A DNA stretch of 32,168 nucleotides from assembly GCA_038893995.1 (NCBI GenBank), contig JAWAQK010000025.1, forward strand, positions 1 to 32,168. The letters run 5' to 3'. Made by a program: the position numbers and the translations under genes. Below the pieces are notes generated by a model. It saw only the letters and a list, made by a program, of their open reading frames with translations. It was not told the DNA's origin and did not search any database. Source of the DNA: Candidatus Thorarchaeota archaeon (GTDB lineage Archaea > Asgardarchaeota > Thorarchaeia > Thorarchaeales > Thorarchaeaceae). Positions 16,949 through 26,201 of the stretch are shown here, piece after piece (the first letter of the stretch is position 1; each line of letters starts with the position of its first letter).

Positions 16949-18568
16949 TTGGACCGTCATGATGAGACCTTGACAGTCACCATTGAACCAGGACATCTGA
17001 CGATACAGACACGTCCGATGACTCTCCTAGAGGTGCTGAGGAGGAATGGTATTCTTGTCGAATCAGTCTGCGGTGGTCGTGGGAGATGCGGCAAGTGTCT
17101 GGTCGTTACGACGCCAGCACCTCCTCCCTCACTGACTGACAGGAGCCACCTGAACCCTGAAGACGTCGCCAGGGGCGTTCGACTGGCATGTCAACATTTC
17201 GTGACTGACGGTCTGGTCGTCCGTATAGCCTCAAGAGACGGTCATCTTCCCCTGCTCGAACCAGGAGTACGTCTCACCCCGCGTGTGTACGATCGTCCGT
17301 GGGAGAGCGACATCGGTATCGCCATCGACGTTGGGACCACGACCGTGAGCTACTACATTGTCGGACTACCGAGCGGCAACCTGCTCTGCGAGGCCTCTCA
17401 CGTCAATCCTCAGGTCTCATTCGGTACCGATGTGATAGCGAGGATAGAGTATGCATCTGATCACGAAGACGGAGTGCAGGTACTCAGAGAAGTGCTTCTC
17501 AGATCCATTGACCATGCAATACACCGTATATGCGATTCTGTTCAGTCATCGTGCGACCAGATCCGAAGGGTCAGCGTGGTTGGGAACACCGCAATGACGC
17601 ACATCCTCCTGGGTCTGGATCTCAGGCCACTGGGTCGGGCTCCCTACAGTCCCGTGTCTGTGAGTTCACGAGAGCTGTCTGCTGCTGAGCTGGGGCTGAG
17701 TTCATGTCCGGAAGCCAGAGTCTACACGGCTCCCATGGTCGCAGGTTTCGTCGGCGGTGACACGGTAGGGTTTGTGATGGCACAGTCAATTGACCAACAT
17801 GATGGGGTTGTGCTCGGCATCGATATAGGGACCAACACCGAGATTGTGCTGGGTGGAAGGGATGGTCTATGGTGCTGTTCTGCTGCAGCAGGCCCAGCCT
17901 TCGAGGGTGCTACTATATCCCGGGGCATGAGAGCCGAACCGGGTGCCATATCCCACGTGAGTATCAACGATCCGGATGGTGCTCCGCTACTTGAGGTCAT
18001 TGGAGATGAGCAGACGCCGCGGGGACTGTGCGGCTCTGGCATACTGGACCTCGTTGCGGAGATGACCCGCGCGGGCATTGTCGACTGTTCTGGATCGCTA
18101 GTCAGGTCCCGCAGAGTCATTGATGTAGGACCCTACGGACGGGCCTATCTTGTACATCAGGACGACAGGGGTCACTCCCTATTGTTCACACAGGATGACG
18201 TCAGACAGGTGCAGCTGGCAAAGGCCGCAATAGCAGCTGGGGCCGCAACGCTCATGAGGACACACGGAATCTCGCCTTCCCAGTTAGACGTGGTATACAT
18301 TGCTGGGGCATTCGGCTCTCATCTCTCACCCACCAGCGCACTGACAATTGGCATGCTACCCCCTGTCAGTGCCGACAGAGTGATCAGTGTGGGGAATGCG
18401 GCTGGAGTTGGAGCCAGGTCGCTCCTGCTATCGGCAGAGGCCCGCAGACGCGCCTCGAGGATTGCGCGTGCCATGGTGTACACAGAACTGGTCCGGACAC
18501 CCATCTTCCGCGACCTGTTCTTGCAGGCGACGCTTCTTGGGCAGACAGACATCTGGACCGGCACCTAG
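16949..18568 (+). CDS. ATP-dependent corrinoid reductive activator (RamA/RACo, ASKHA ATPase with N-terminal 2Fe-2S domain)
   Basis: CGGRGRCGKC...RLAC, IDVGTTTV, NPQ.SFG.DVI.RI, VGNTAM, GFVGGD, DIGTNTE, AAGPAFEG, LCGSG, AGAFG, GNAA. TTG 16949 follows an AGGTGAT SD; the track start is 16742. Confidence 0.9.
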   Translation: MDRHDETLTVTIEPGHLTIQTRPMTLLEVLRRNGILVESVCGGRGRCGKCLVVTTPAPPPSLTDRSHLNPEDVARGVRLACQHFVTDGLVVRIASRDGHLPLLEPGVRLTPRVYDRPWESDIGIAIDVGTTTVSYYIVGLPSGNLLCEASHVNPQVSFGTDVIARIEYASDHEDGVQVLREVLLRSIDHAIHRICDSVQSSCDQIRRVSVVGNTAMTHILLGLDLRPLGRAPYSPVSVSSRELSAAELGLSSCPEARVYTAPMVAGFVGGDTVGFVMAQSIDQHDGVVLGIDIGTNTEIVLGGRDGLWCCSAAAGPAFEGATISRGMRAEPGAISHVSINDPDGAPLLEVIGDEQTPRGLCGSGILDLVAEMTRAGIVDCSGSLVRSRRVIDVGPYGRAYLVHQDDRGHSLLFTQDDVRQVQLAKAAIAAGAATLMRTHGISPSQLDVVYIAGAFGSHLSPTSALTIGMLPPVSADRVISVGNAAGVGARSLLLSAEARRRASRIARAMVYTELVRTPIFRDLFLQATLLGQTDIWTGT

Positions 18569-18614
18569 CCCTACCGTTCAATTTATCAGAATCGGGTCCA
18601 CAGATTGGCCAAAG

Positions 18615-19673
18615 ATGAGTTCTCACGCTTCTGCGACATCACCACTGTCACTGGTCGAGTCCGTATTGAATCACGAAACTCCCGAACGTACACCTGTGGT
18701 CCCCATCGTCGGACTGGCCTCTGCTGAATACTCCGGGCACAGTGTCCGTGCCTTGCTGACCGATGCAGACGTACAGGCAAAGTCTCTGGTGTCGTCTCTG
18801 AGGCGGTTCAACTACGATGGGGTCTTCACAGTGATGGACCTTACGATGGAGGTCGAGGCACTGGGCGGCGAGGTCCATGTTCAGGAGAAGGCACCCCCTT
18901 ACGTCGCACATCCTCTGACGTGTGATCCGTCGGCAATCCTGGAGATTGAACCAGTCTCTTTAAGCTCAGGTCGCATAGGTGTCTTCACAGGGGCTGCACG
19001 GAGGCTAGTCAATGAGGTCGGGAACTCTCACCTAGTGAGCTCATACGTCATTGGTCCTTTCACGATGGCTGGACAGCTGATCGGTCTGACCAAGTTGCTG
19101 GAGCTCACAATCGACCAGGAATCGATGACGGAACGGGTCGTGAAGCACTGCTCACATCTGGTCACCCCGCTCATCGAGATGTATGGAGACATCGGAGTGC
19201 ACAACGTGGTCCTCCTGGAGCCATCTGCCAGTAGCAGTGTCATGTCCCCTCAATACTTCATGAAGTACTCCATGCCCTATCTGACCGACTGTGTCCGGGC
19301 AATACATGAGACAGGTGCCCGTGCAACGGTCCACGTATGCGGCAAGGCAGGCCAAATACTGAGTTACATGGCTCAGACGGGAGCTGACATCCTCAGCATA
19401 GATTCCCCTGTTGATCTGGTCATGGCGAGGACCGTAGTCTCTCGACAATGCGTGCTCCTCGGAAACGTGGACACCACATTGATGCTTGCTGGTCTACCCG
19501 ACGCCATCCTCCAGTCAGCCAGACGATGCATCGGAGATACAGGGGGTAATAGTTTCATACTCAGCACAGGCTGTGACGTGCCAATTGGGACCCCCACCAG
19601 GAACATTGAGGCACTTGTGAGATCAGTCCATGCACACACTGTAGGCCATTCGGACACATCAAAAGGACATTAA
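18615..19673 (+). CDS. MtaA/CmuA-family methylcobamide:thiol methyltransferase (MT2-like, UroD fold)
   Basis: DLTMEVEALG, GPFTMA, EPSAS, MSPQYF, Zn ligands HVCG and STGCD; ATG 18615 preferred over the 18387 overlap. Confidence 0.85.
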   Translation: MSSHASATSPLSLVESVLNHETPERTPVVPIVGLASAEYSGHSVRALLTDADVQAKSLVSSLRRFNYDGVFTVMDLTMEVEALGGEVHVQEKAPPYVAHPLTCDPSAILEIEPVSLSSGRIGVFTGAARRLVNEVGNSHLVSSYVIGPFTMAGQLIGLTKLLELTIDQESMTERVVKHCSHLVTPLIEMYGDIGVHNVVLLEPSASSSVMSPQYFMKYSMPYLTDCVRAIHETGARATVHVCGKAGQILSYMAQTGADILSIDSPVDLVMARTVVSRQCVLLGNVDTTLMLAGLPDAILQSARRCIGDTGGNSFILSTGCDVPIGTPTRNIEALVRSVHAHTVGHSDTSKGH

Positions 19674-19704
19674 AGGTGGAAGTACCTCATTCACTCGGTT
19701 AGCG

Positions 19705-20373
19705 ATGACAGTGGTCCAAGCATTACTTGAGGCTCTGAGTAGTTCAGTCATCAACGGCAGATCCGACGAGGCCCGAGATGCAGCTATCCGGGCGATTGAG
19801 GCCGGAATTCCTCCCCTCGATGCCATCACAGAGGGTCTGTCGAGGGGAATACTCGAGGTCGGAGAGAAGTTCGGTCGTGGCGAGGTCTTCCTAGTGGAGC
19901 TGGTTGCTGCCGCTCGAGCTATGAAGGCTGGCATGTCTGTCCTCCTTCCTGTGGTCAAGCAGAAACATGACAAGATGCCGACATTGGGTAAGGTCCTCAT
20001 CGGGACCGTTGAGGGCGACATACACAACATAGGAAAGGACATGGTCGCTACCATGCTTGAGGCCAGCGGATTCGAGGTCGTGGACCTTGGTGAGGATGTT
20101 CCGGTCAGCAAGTTCGTGGAGAAGGCGACAGAACACCGACCCGACATCGTTGCCATGTCTGCGCTCCTGACAGTATCCATGCAGAAACAGAGAGAGACTA
20201 TAGCGGCGTTGAGGTCGGCCGGCATTGACGCGATCATCCTCGTGGGCGGCGCACCAACTACGCGGGAGTGGGCCGAGCAGATTGGCGCAGATGGTTGGGC
20301 AAAGGATGCGTCGTCTGCGGCCACGCTTGCAAGGAAACTGATTGCTGAACGTGGTATGGCCAGGACGAAATGA
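19705..20373 (+). CDS. Corrinoid (B12-binding) protein, MtaC/MttC-like
   Basis: Four-helix cap plus GTVEGDIHNIGK (DxHxxG), SALLT, VGGAP, IGAD. Confidence 0.93.
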   Translation: MTVVQALLEALSSSVINGRSDEARDAAIRAIEAGIPPLDAITEGLSRGILEVGEKFGRGEVFLVELVAAARAMKAGMSVLLPVVKQKHDKMPTLGKVLIGTVEGDIHNIGKDMVATMLEASGFEVVDLGEDVPVSKFVEKATEHRPDIVAMSALLTVSMQKQRETIAALRSAGIDAIILVGGAPTTREWAEQIGADGWAKDASSAATLARKLIAERGMARTK

Positions 20374-20453
20374 GTCTAGATGTCCACTGGCCAGTTGGTC
20401 GTCTGAATCTCGGGGCTGAAGCGAAGACGTCCGACCCTCGATACAGACCGGAG

Positions 20454-20488
20454 TACTTAACAGAAACTTTAGCTTTGCGTTAACATGA
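20454..20488 (+). promoter_or_regulatory. Putative promoter/operator of the GlcD/GlcF-like pair
   Basis: TACTTAACA (20454) and TTAACATGA (20480), the same 9-mers seen upstream of kdgK. Confidence 0.4.
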
Positions 20489-20512
20489 CCGGCTACAGAC
20501 AGGAGAAGAGAA

Positions 20513-21895
20513 ATGCCAGACCTCAACAGGTTAACCCGCCTTCTAGCTGAGATTGTCGGTCCTGATAGGGTGACCGACAGAGACTTCGATCTCATTCCAT
20601 ATTCCAGGGACCTCAGTCCTGCCACTCAGAAAGTTCCAACGCACGTTGTCATGCCTGAGAACAGGGAAGAAATACAGAGCATTCTTCGCCTGGCGAACAA
20701 GATGAACGTTCCCGTGTACGTGAGGGGAGGTGGTACGTCGCACTGGGATGCCTATCTTCCACAGGAACCGGGAATCATGCTTGACCTGAACCGGATGAAT
20801 AGAATCATAGACATCAACGAGAGAGATCTGGTCGTGACAGTGCAGCCAAACTGCACATGGGCGAAGCTTGACGCAGAGTTGAGGAAGAGAGGGCTCACCT
20901 ACCTGTGCAGCGAGGCTGGCGGACCTGCAATGACGATTGGAGGATCTGTCATGAAGGCAGGAGGTGGGCCTCACTCGACAGCAAAGTTCGGGTTTCATGG
21001 TAACCATGATGTCGTCTGCCTAGAGATGGTCCTTCCAGACGGAGACGTGGTACAGACTGGTTCAGCAGCATGGCCCAGTGCAGGGAAGTTTGAGCGACAG
21101 TGTCTCGGCCCTGATCTCGCCGGGATGTTCATAGGTGCGGAGGGTATCCTTGGTATCTGTACAGAACTCACGCTGAGGATACGACCGGCCTCTAGCATCA
21201 GGGAGCGCATGGTCGCGGTATTCAGCTCTCTTGATGCTGTCGTTGAGTTTGGCCACTTCATTAACAGGTATGTGGGTGACGAGTATCTTCAGGGCTGTTA
21301 CCTCTGGGTCGATCCAACTGCCCCCGAGTCCTTCACAGTAATGATGGACGTGTTTGGCTACGAGTCGGAGATAGTCAGCCATCGGAAGCGACGAATAACG
21401 GAGAAAGTGTCTGAACTTCACGGACAGCTGGTGGACCCTGCCCCTGCTCATGACTACTACGACAGGATACTGACAGGGCTCCAGGGGATCTTCACCACTG
21501 GTGTCTGGCACTTTTTTGGGGCAGGTGTGTTACGGATTGACGACATCGGCTTCCTGTATAGGATCTGGCGCGAGGAGGTCATGGGGCGTTACGGTTACAA
21601 GAAGGCCGGTTTCGGAGGACAGGTCCTTCCCCGGCGTTGGCTTGCCTTCATGGTACTGAACTACAGGGAGCCCGAGGAACTGGAGTCGATTCGCAAGATG
21701 TGCGATGAGATAGACGAGATGGTCCTGAGAGGGCCGGTAGTCCCGTACGGAATCGGTGGAAGAGATGGTCTCAGGAGACATGTTGCAGCCAGAGACACGG
21801 GTTACTACCGACTCCTGAAGATGCTGAAGAAGACCCTCGATCCTAAGGACATACTTCAACGTGGTATATTCATTCCCAAGGAGGAATTGCGTTGA
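20513..21895 (+). CDS. FAD-linked oxidoreductase (GlcD/VAO superfamily)
   Basis: VRGGGTS, LNRMNRI, TIGG, GPDL..MFIGAEG.LGI.TE, LDP..IL. Confidence 0.88.
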   Translation: MPDLNRLTRLLAEIVGPDRVTDRDFDLIPYSRDLSPATQKVPTHVVMPENREEIQSILRLANKMNVPVYVRGGGTSHWDAYLPQEPGIMLDLNRMNRIIDINERDLVVTVQPNCTWAKLDAELRKRGLTYLCSEAGGPAMTIGGSVMKAGGGPHSTAKFGFHGNHDVVCLEMVLPDGDVVQTGSAAWPSAGKFERQCLGPDLAGMFIGAEGILGICTELTLRIRPASSIRERMVAVFSSLDAVVEFGHFINRYVGDEYLQGCYLWVDPTAPESFTVMMDVFGYESEIVSHRKRRITEKVSELHGQLVDPAPAHDYYDRILTGLQGIFTTGVWHFFGAGVLRIDDIGFLYRIWREEVMGRYGYKKAGFGGQVLPRRWLAFMVLNYREPEELESIRKMCDEIDEMVLRGPVVPYGIGGRDGLRRHVAARDTGYYRLLKMLKKTLDPKDILQRGIFIPKEELR

Positions 21896-23088
21896 GAATC
21901 AGCGACTATCGTGACATGATCTACGCCTGCGGCAGATGCAACTTCTGTCATGGTGCAGACTTCGACGAGCGTTGTCCGGAGCTGTATACTCAGTACTGGG
22001 AGTCCTCGACAGCTCGCGGAAGAATGGCCATCGCCAGAGGCATCCTCGAGGGAAAGATCAACTACACACCTGACCTCGCAGAGAGGATCTTTGGGTGTTT
22101 TCTCTGTGCCCGTTGCAGGGAAGAGTGCAAGAAGGCCGCAAACATAGATGTCATTGCCATCACGAGGGCCATGAGGGCCGACTTTGTGGACATGGGTGTA
22201 CAGATCCCGGATGGCGCCCGGACCATGATTCAGAACCTGACACAGAGCCGAAACATCTTTGCGGACCGCCCGACAGAGTATCTGCGCTGGTCGAGGGGCA
22301 TCGACTTCGAAGAGGGTTCAGGTACGCTGTTCTACCCCGGTTGCTTGGCAAGCCACCGGTTCAAGGAGAAGACAAACATCCTCGTCCAGGTCCTACAGTC
22401 TGCAGGCATCAGGCTGGACTCGTTGGGCGAGGATCAGAGATGCTGTGGGACACCGTTCTGGGTCACAGGGTCCCTGAGAGAGGCGCGTCAGTGGGCCAGT
22501 GATTTCACTGAACTACTCAAGTCAAGGAAGGTCAAGGAGGTAATAACACCCTGTCCAAGCTGTTTCCGTGCGCTCGAGGAAGAACATCCGCGTCTACTTG
22601 GACTGAGCTCTCCCGCGTTCAGGGTGCGGCACGCGAGCGAGGTACTTGAGAGTCTTCTCAGGACCAGGCGGCTCAGGCCCAAGATCCCTGTCGACAAGGT
22701 CGTCACATACCATGACCCATGCGAGATTGGGCGCTACCGGGGGGTCTACGACCAACCACGACAGGTTCTTCTCTCAATTCCCGGTGTGAGACTTGTCGAG
22801 ATGGCAAGGTCCCGCTCCGATGCGTTCTGTTGCGGCGGAGGCGGGGGCGTCAAGATCATGTACGAGGACAACTCTCAGAGAGTCGCCTCCAGAAGATTGG
22901 AAGAGGCAGTGGCAACCGGTGCTGAGATCGTGGCGACATGCTGTCCAGCATGCGAGCTCAATCTGACTCATGCCGTGTATGGGGCCGGCGCATCCATGAG
23001 GGTGCTCGACATTGCTGAGATGCTGGCGGTATCCTGCGGCATCGTGTCAGGTGAGATCCTTGAACCCGATTACATCCCTGAAGACTGA
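21892..23088 (+). CDS. Fe-S protein with 4Fe-4S dicluster and two CCG domains (GlcF/HdrD-like)
   Basis: CGRCNFC...CP, CFLCARC...C, PGC, RCCG, CPSC, YHDPC, FCCGGGGG, CPAC; 4-nt TTGA overlap with the upstream gene. Confidence 0.9.
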   Translation: MRISDYRDMIYACGRCNFCHGADFDERCPELYTQYWESSTARGRMAIARGILEGKINYTPDLAERIFGCFLCARCREECKKAANIDVIAITRAMRADFVDMGVQIPDGARTMIQNLTQSRNIFADRPTEYLRWSRGIDFEEGSGTLFYPGCLASHRFKEKTNILVQVLQSAGIRLDSLGEDQRCCGTPFWVTGSLREARQWASDFTELLKSRKVKEVITPCPSCFRALEEEHPRLLGLSSPAFRVRHASEVLESLLRTRRLRPKIPVDKVVTYHDPCEIGRYRGVYDQPRQVLLSIPGVRLVEMARSRSDAFCCGGGGGVKIMYEDNSQRVASRRLEEAVATGAEIVATCCPACELNLTHAVYGAGASMRVLDIAEMLAVSCGIVSGEILEPDYIPED

Positions 23089-23221
23089 GCCCGCTCCTAT
23101 CCGCCGTGGGATTTCTATCATCATCAGACGGTCCTCCTGGCCGGACATGCAAGTCTAGGTCAGTCGGGCCGGGCTCAGCGATCTGTTGGAGTCATCCACC
23201 GTGACCTCCCGCGTCGAGAGG

Positions 23222-23509
23222 CTATCCTCCGACCGCCGCTATCATGAAAACAACTAGGTCTCCCTCTGACAGTGGTGTATCAAGGCCGCTCGAGACTGCA
23301 TTGACACCGTTGAGAAACACTACAGTCTCCCGCTTCAATGTCCGCCGGTTGACATCGTCCATGTATATCTCCATCCTCTTCCCGAACTTCGTGTGAAGCC
23401 TCTCAATGAGTGTGCGCAGGGTCGGCCTCTCCCCGGCGTCAAAGGCAAATCTCTCGTGGTCAGAAGCATGAAGCGCCTTAGCCATCAACTTCACAAAGAC
23501 CTGTGTCAT
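23222..23509 (-). CDS. MoaD/ThiS/SAMP ubiquitin-like beta-grasp protein
   Basis: VFLNG...LDTPLSEGDLVVFMIAAVGG-COOH diglycine; ATG 23509 likely (95 aa). Confidence 0.88.
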   Translation of the reverse strand: MTQVFVKLMAKALHASDHERFAFDAGERPTLRTLIERLHTKFGKRMEIYMDDVNRRTLKRETVVFLNGVNAVSSGLDTPLSEGDLVVFMIAAVGG

Positions 23510-23551
23510 GACCGAGTCACCATCATGGCACCATGTTCTCACTAGATGCAC

Positions 23552-23600
23552 TTGAATAGTTATATATGGTTCTCTTGAAAAGGTTATAAAGATATTAATC
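23552..23600. promoter_or_regulatory. Divergent AT-rich promoter region (TATA-like boxes)
   Basis: TTATATAT and GAAAAGG-TTATAAA (BRE/TATA-like) between the SAMP and HARE-HTH/Mrr genes. Confidence 0.5.
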
Positions 23601-23656
23601 CTGTATCGGTCGTCATTGAGACAGCTCAGTCACTAGTTTCGGAGAGATTTGACCCC

Positions 23657-24469
23657 TTGAACTCATCACGGACAGATCGAATCACATTGAGACAGTACCT
23701 CCAGCAGAATGCAAGGTTCACTCCTGTCCACTACAGGGACATAGCCCGCGAGCTGGGACGTTCCGAGGCGTCAGTCATCGCATCGCTCTCGATTGAGGGA
23801 AGGCAGGCTGCAGAGTCTGGTAGGCCTCCGTATTTCATCAGGACCGGGCCCGGTCTGTACCGATACAACGATCTATGTGAGGGTGCTGCAGATGAGGAGT
23901 CGATAGACCAGGTGATGCGGACCCGCGCACAGGAGTTCAATCGCGCCACACGGAACGAGATGAACCGGATGATCTCATTGTTGGACCTCGATGCGTTTGA
24001 GAGTCTGACGAAGATAATACTTGTGAATATACGCGCATATTCCGATGAGCAATCGCCCGATGAATCGAAGCGACTCGTGGTCAGGCAGCGCCACGGTGAC
24101 ACTGTGGAGATGACCACTGCCTGGCGCGATGATGGCGGCTGCTCTCCTGTTGTCATCTACGCCAAGAAATGCTCTCTTGACGAGCCAATTGGTCCCGATA
24201 CCATTCGAGAGCTCAGAGGGACCCTACCACGCTACGGTGCGAATCAGGGTGTACTGATAACGAACGGTATTGTGACCGATGAGGGACGTAGGGAGGCTGT
24301 AGGATACTCGGAGGACGGGCTCAAGCTCAGCATTCCACCAGTCCACATCATGGACAAGGAGATCATCCTGAACGTTCTTTTTGAGAGTAGGACTGGGATA
24401 CGCACAAGGAATGTCGAGCTGTTTCTCCTGGACAAGGACTTCTTCCAGCAGCTGCGCAACTATCATTGA
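23657..24469 (+). CDS. HARE-HTH plus Mrr-like restriction-endonuclease-fold protein (catalytic motif degenerate)
   Basis: N-terminal PVHYRDIA...ASL...YFIRTGPGLY wHTH; C-terminal VVIYAKK...IG...IRELRG.L....NQGVLITN...EA...VHIMD typical of Mrr_cat. Confidence 0.75.
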   Translation: MNSSRTDRITLRQYLQQNARFTPVHYRDIARELGRSEASVIASLSIEGRQAAESGRPPYFIRTGPGLYRYNDLCEGAADEESIDQVMRTRAQEFNRATRNEMNRMISLLDLDAFESLTKIILVNIRAYSDEQSPDESKRLVVRQRHGDTVEMTTAWRDDGGCSPVVIYAKKCSLDEPIGPDTIRELRGTLPRYGANQGVLITNGIVTDEGRREAVGYSEDGLKLSIPPVHIMDKEIILNVLFESRTGIRTRNVELFLLDKDFFQQLRNYH

Positions 24470-24646
24470 GTCGAGATGTGCACGGGCACCACAGAAGCAA
24501 CTTGAATATCGGGCCGGTCGATCCGTGACTTAATCTGCACTTTAATGAGCGGCTACGAATTGGGTTAAGGTATAAATAACCGCTCGTCACTAGTATCTTC
24601 GTCACGGCAAGAGTCGCCGTGAAAAGCTGGAGAGAGAAAACGCAAT

Positions 24647-26194
24647 ATGAGCGGTCAGGACAAGCTCTTGTTTGTGCGTGAAAGCTCCGGTCTCGTGAAG
24701 GAGGTCGGACCATGGTTCGCGCTTTTGTTGCCAATTGCGTTGACCGTGGGCCCCTACTTCCACTTTGTGGCCCCACAGGTGTCAACCTGGTTCCCTGGCG
24801 CACACCTAGTTCCGGTGTTTGCGGTGGGTACCTTTGCGATACTGTGGGAAGGCATAGGCACGATGTGTCTCATGTTGGCGATGCCACGGTCTGGGGCTAG
24901 CTATCACTTCGTGGGCAGAGGTCTCCATCCGCTGTTCGGTGTGATGGAAGGCTGGCGGTCTGTGATCACGAACCCTGTCTTCAGAGGTTCTGCCAGCTTC
25001 TTTGCTGCACGTGTGTCTGCTGGCGGTTTCGTCGTAATCGGCGTCATAACCGGTAACCAGGCCCTGGTTGACATCGGAAACGCCCTGAGCAGCACCACAG
25101 ACTACGTACCCGTAGTCATCCTTGCGCTGGTACTTACGGCTATCGCCTTCATATTCAGCTACCTGAGCGTGAAGACGCTTGGATGGTTCGTCGTGATACT
25201 TGGCACGATCAACATCCTGGCTGTCATCGTCGCAGATGCTGTGCTGCTCTCAACCAATGTCGCCTCGATATGGGACACAGTAATGCCGGCCGGAAGAAGA
25301 GTGGCAGACCTGATGGCGACGTCATGGATCACAGACATCAATGCGTACACGACCCTGAACCTGGGCGCAGTGGCCGCTGCACTGACAACTGCCGTCGGTA
25401 TCATGTGGCCATATCTGATAATGCCGGTTGCGGGTGAAGTGTCACAGCCCAGCAGGAACATTCCGCTGAGCTGTCTCGGTGGAGTTGTCGGTATCGGTGC
25501 TCTGTTCATGCTGTCGGCCTACGCCGTCGAGTCAAGCATGGGCACGCTCCTGTACTGGAACAACAGCTCCAGCGTCGGTGTGTTCCCCGGCATTGGAAAC
25601 TTCGCCGCGATCGCACTTGCAGCGAACCCAGCACTTGCCATCTTCGTGGTCCTTGGTCCACTCTACGCCAGCACACTGGATGGGCCAAGCAACGCCCTGT
25701 GGGTGACGAGGCCATTCCATGCAATGGCAATGGACAGAATGTGTCCTGAAATAATGGCTCAGATCCATCCAAAGTACCATGTACCTCACATAAGCCTGTA
25801 CTACTGGCTGATTGTCCAGGTGGCAATCATTGTGATGGCCATATGGTACGACGTGTCCATTGCAATCGGAGTGCTGTTCACGTACACCTTCATCCGGTGG
25901 CAGTTCACACTGGTTGAGATCTCGCTGCCATACTACCGACCGACTCTCTGGGAGCGATCCGGTGCTTGGAAGATACTTGGCTTCCCGTTGGTCTCCCTCG
26001 CAGGTCTGATCAGCGGTGCTGTGTTCTTCTACGCACTGATCAGCTTCACTCCGAGTGCAGGTGTGCCCTTCGAGACTCTGTTCACCGTAGCCGTCTACCT
26101 ATTCGGTCAGCTGATGTACATGTACTACGGTGCAAAGAACAAGGCGAAGGGTGTGGACATGGCAGCCATCTTCGGTCAGTTGCCGCCAGAGTAG
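24647..26194 (+). CDS. APC-superfamily amino acid/polyamine permease
   Basis: LFVRESSGLVKE N-terminus, AMPRSGASY, AGEV..P, AMAMDRM.P...HPKY..P, many hydrophobic TM segments, C-terminal IF.QLPPE. Confidence 0.88.
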   Translation: MSGQDKLLFVRESSGLVKEVGPWFALLLPIALTVGPYFHFVAPQVSTWFPGAHLVPVFAVGTFAILWEGIGTMCLMLAMPRSGASYHFVGRGLHPLFGVMEGWRSVITNPVFRGSASFFAARVSAGGFVVIGVITGNQALVDIGNALSSTTDYVPVVILALVLTAIAFIFSYLSVKTLGWFVVILGTINILAVIVADAVLLSTNVASIWDTVMPAGRRVADLMATSWITDINAYTTLNLGAVAAALTTAVGIMWPYLIMPVAGEVSQPSRNIPLSCLGGVVGIGALFMLSAYAVESSMGTLLYWNNSSSVGVFPGIGNFAAIALAANPALAIFVVLGPLYASTLDGPSNALWVTRPFHAMAMDRMCPEIMAQIHPKYHVPHISLYYWLIVQVAIIVMAIWYDVSIAIGVLFTYTFIRWQFTLVEISLPYYRPTLWERSGAWKILGFPLVSLAGLISGAVFFYALISFTPSAGVPFETLFTVAVYLFGQLMYMYYGAKNKAKGVDMAAIFGQLPPE

Positions 26195-26201
26195 TACACA
26201 T

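Noticed and set aside
18387-18614. MtaA-like ORF extending into the RamA 3' end (frameshift fusion or amber/pyrrolysine read-through)
   Set aside because: The frames differ, RamA is complete at its TAG, the extension looks non-protein-like, and ATG 18615 gives a normal-length MT2. No MttB/MtmB/MtbB or pyl genes are present.
20513-23088. Selenocysteine read-through in the redox genes
   Set aside because: The TGA codons are terminal and follow complete domains; no motif is interrupted by TGA.
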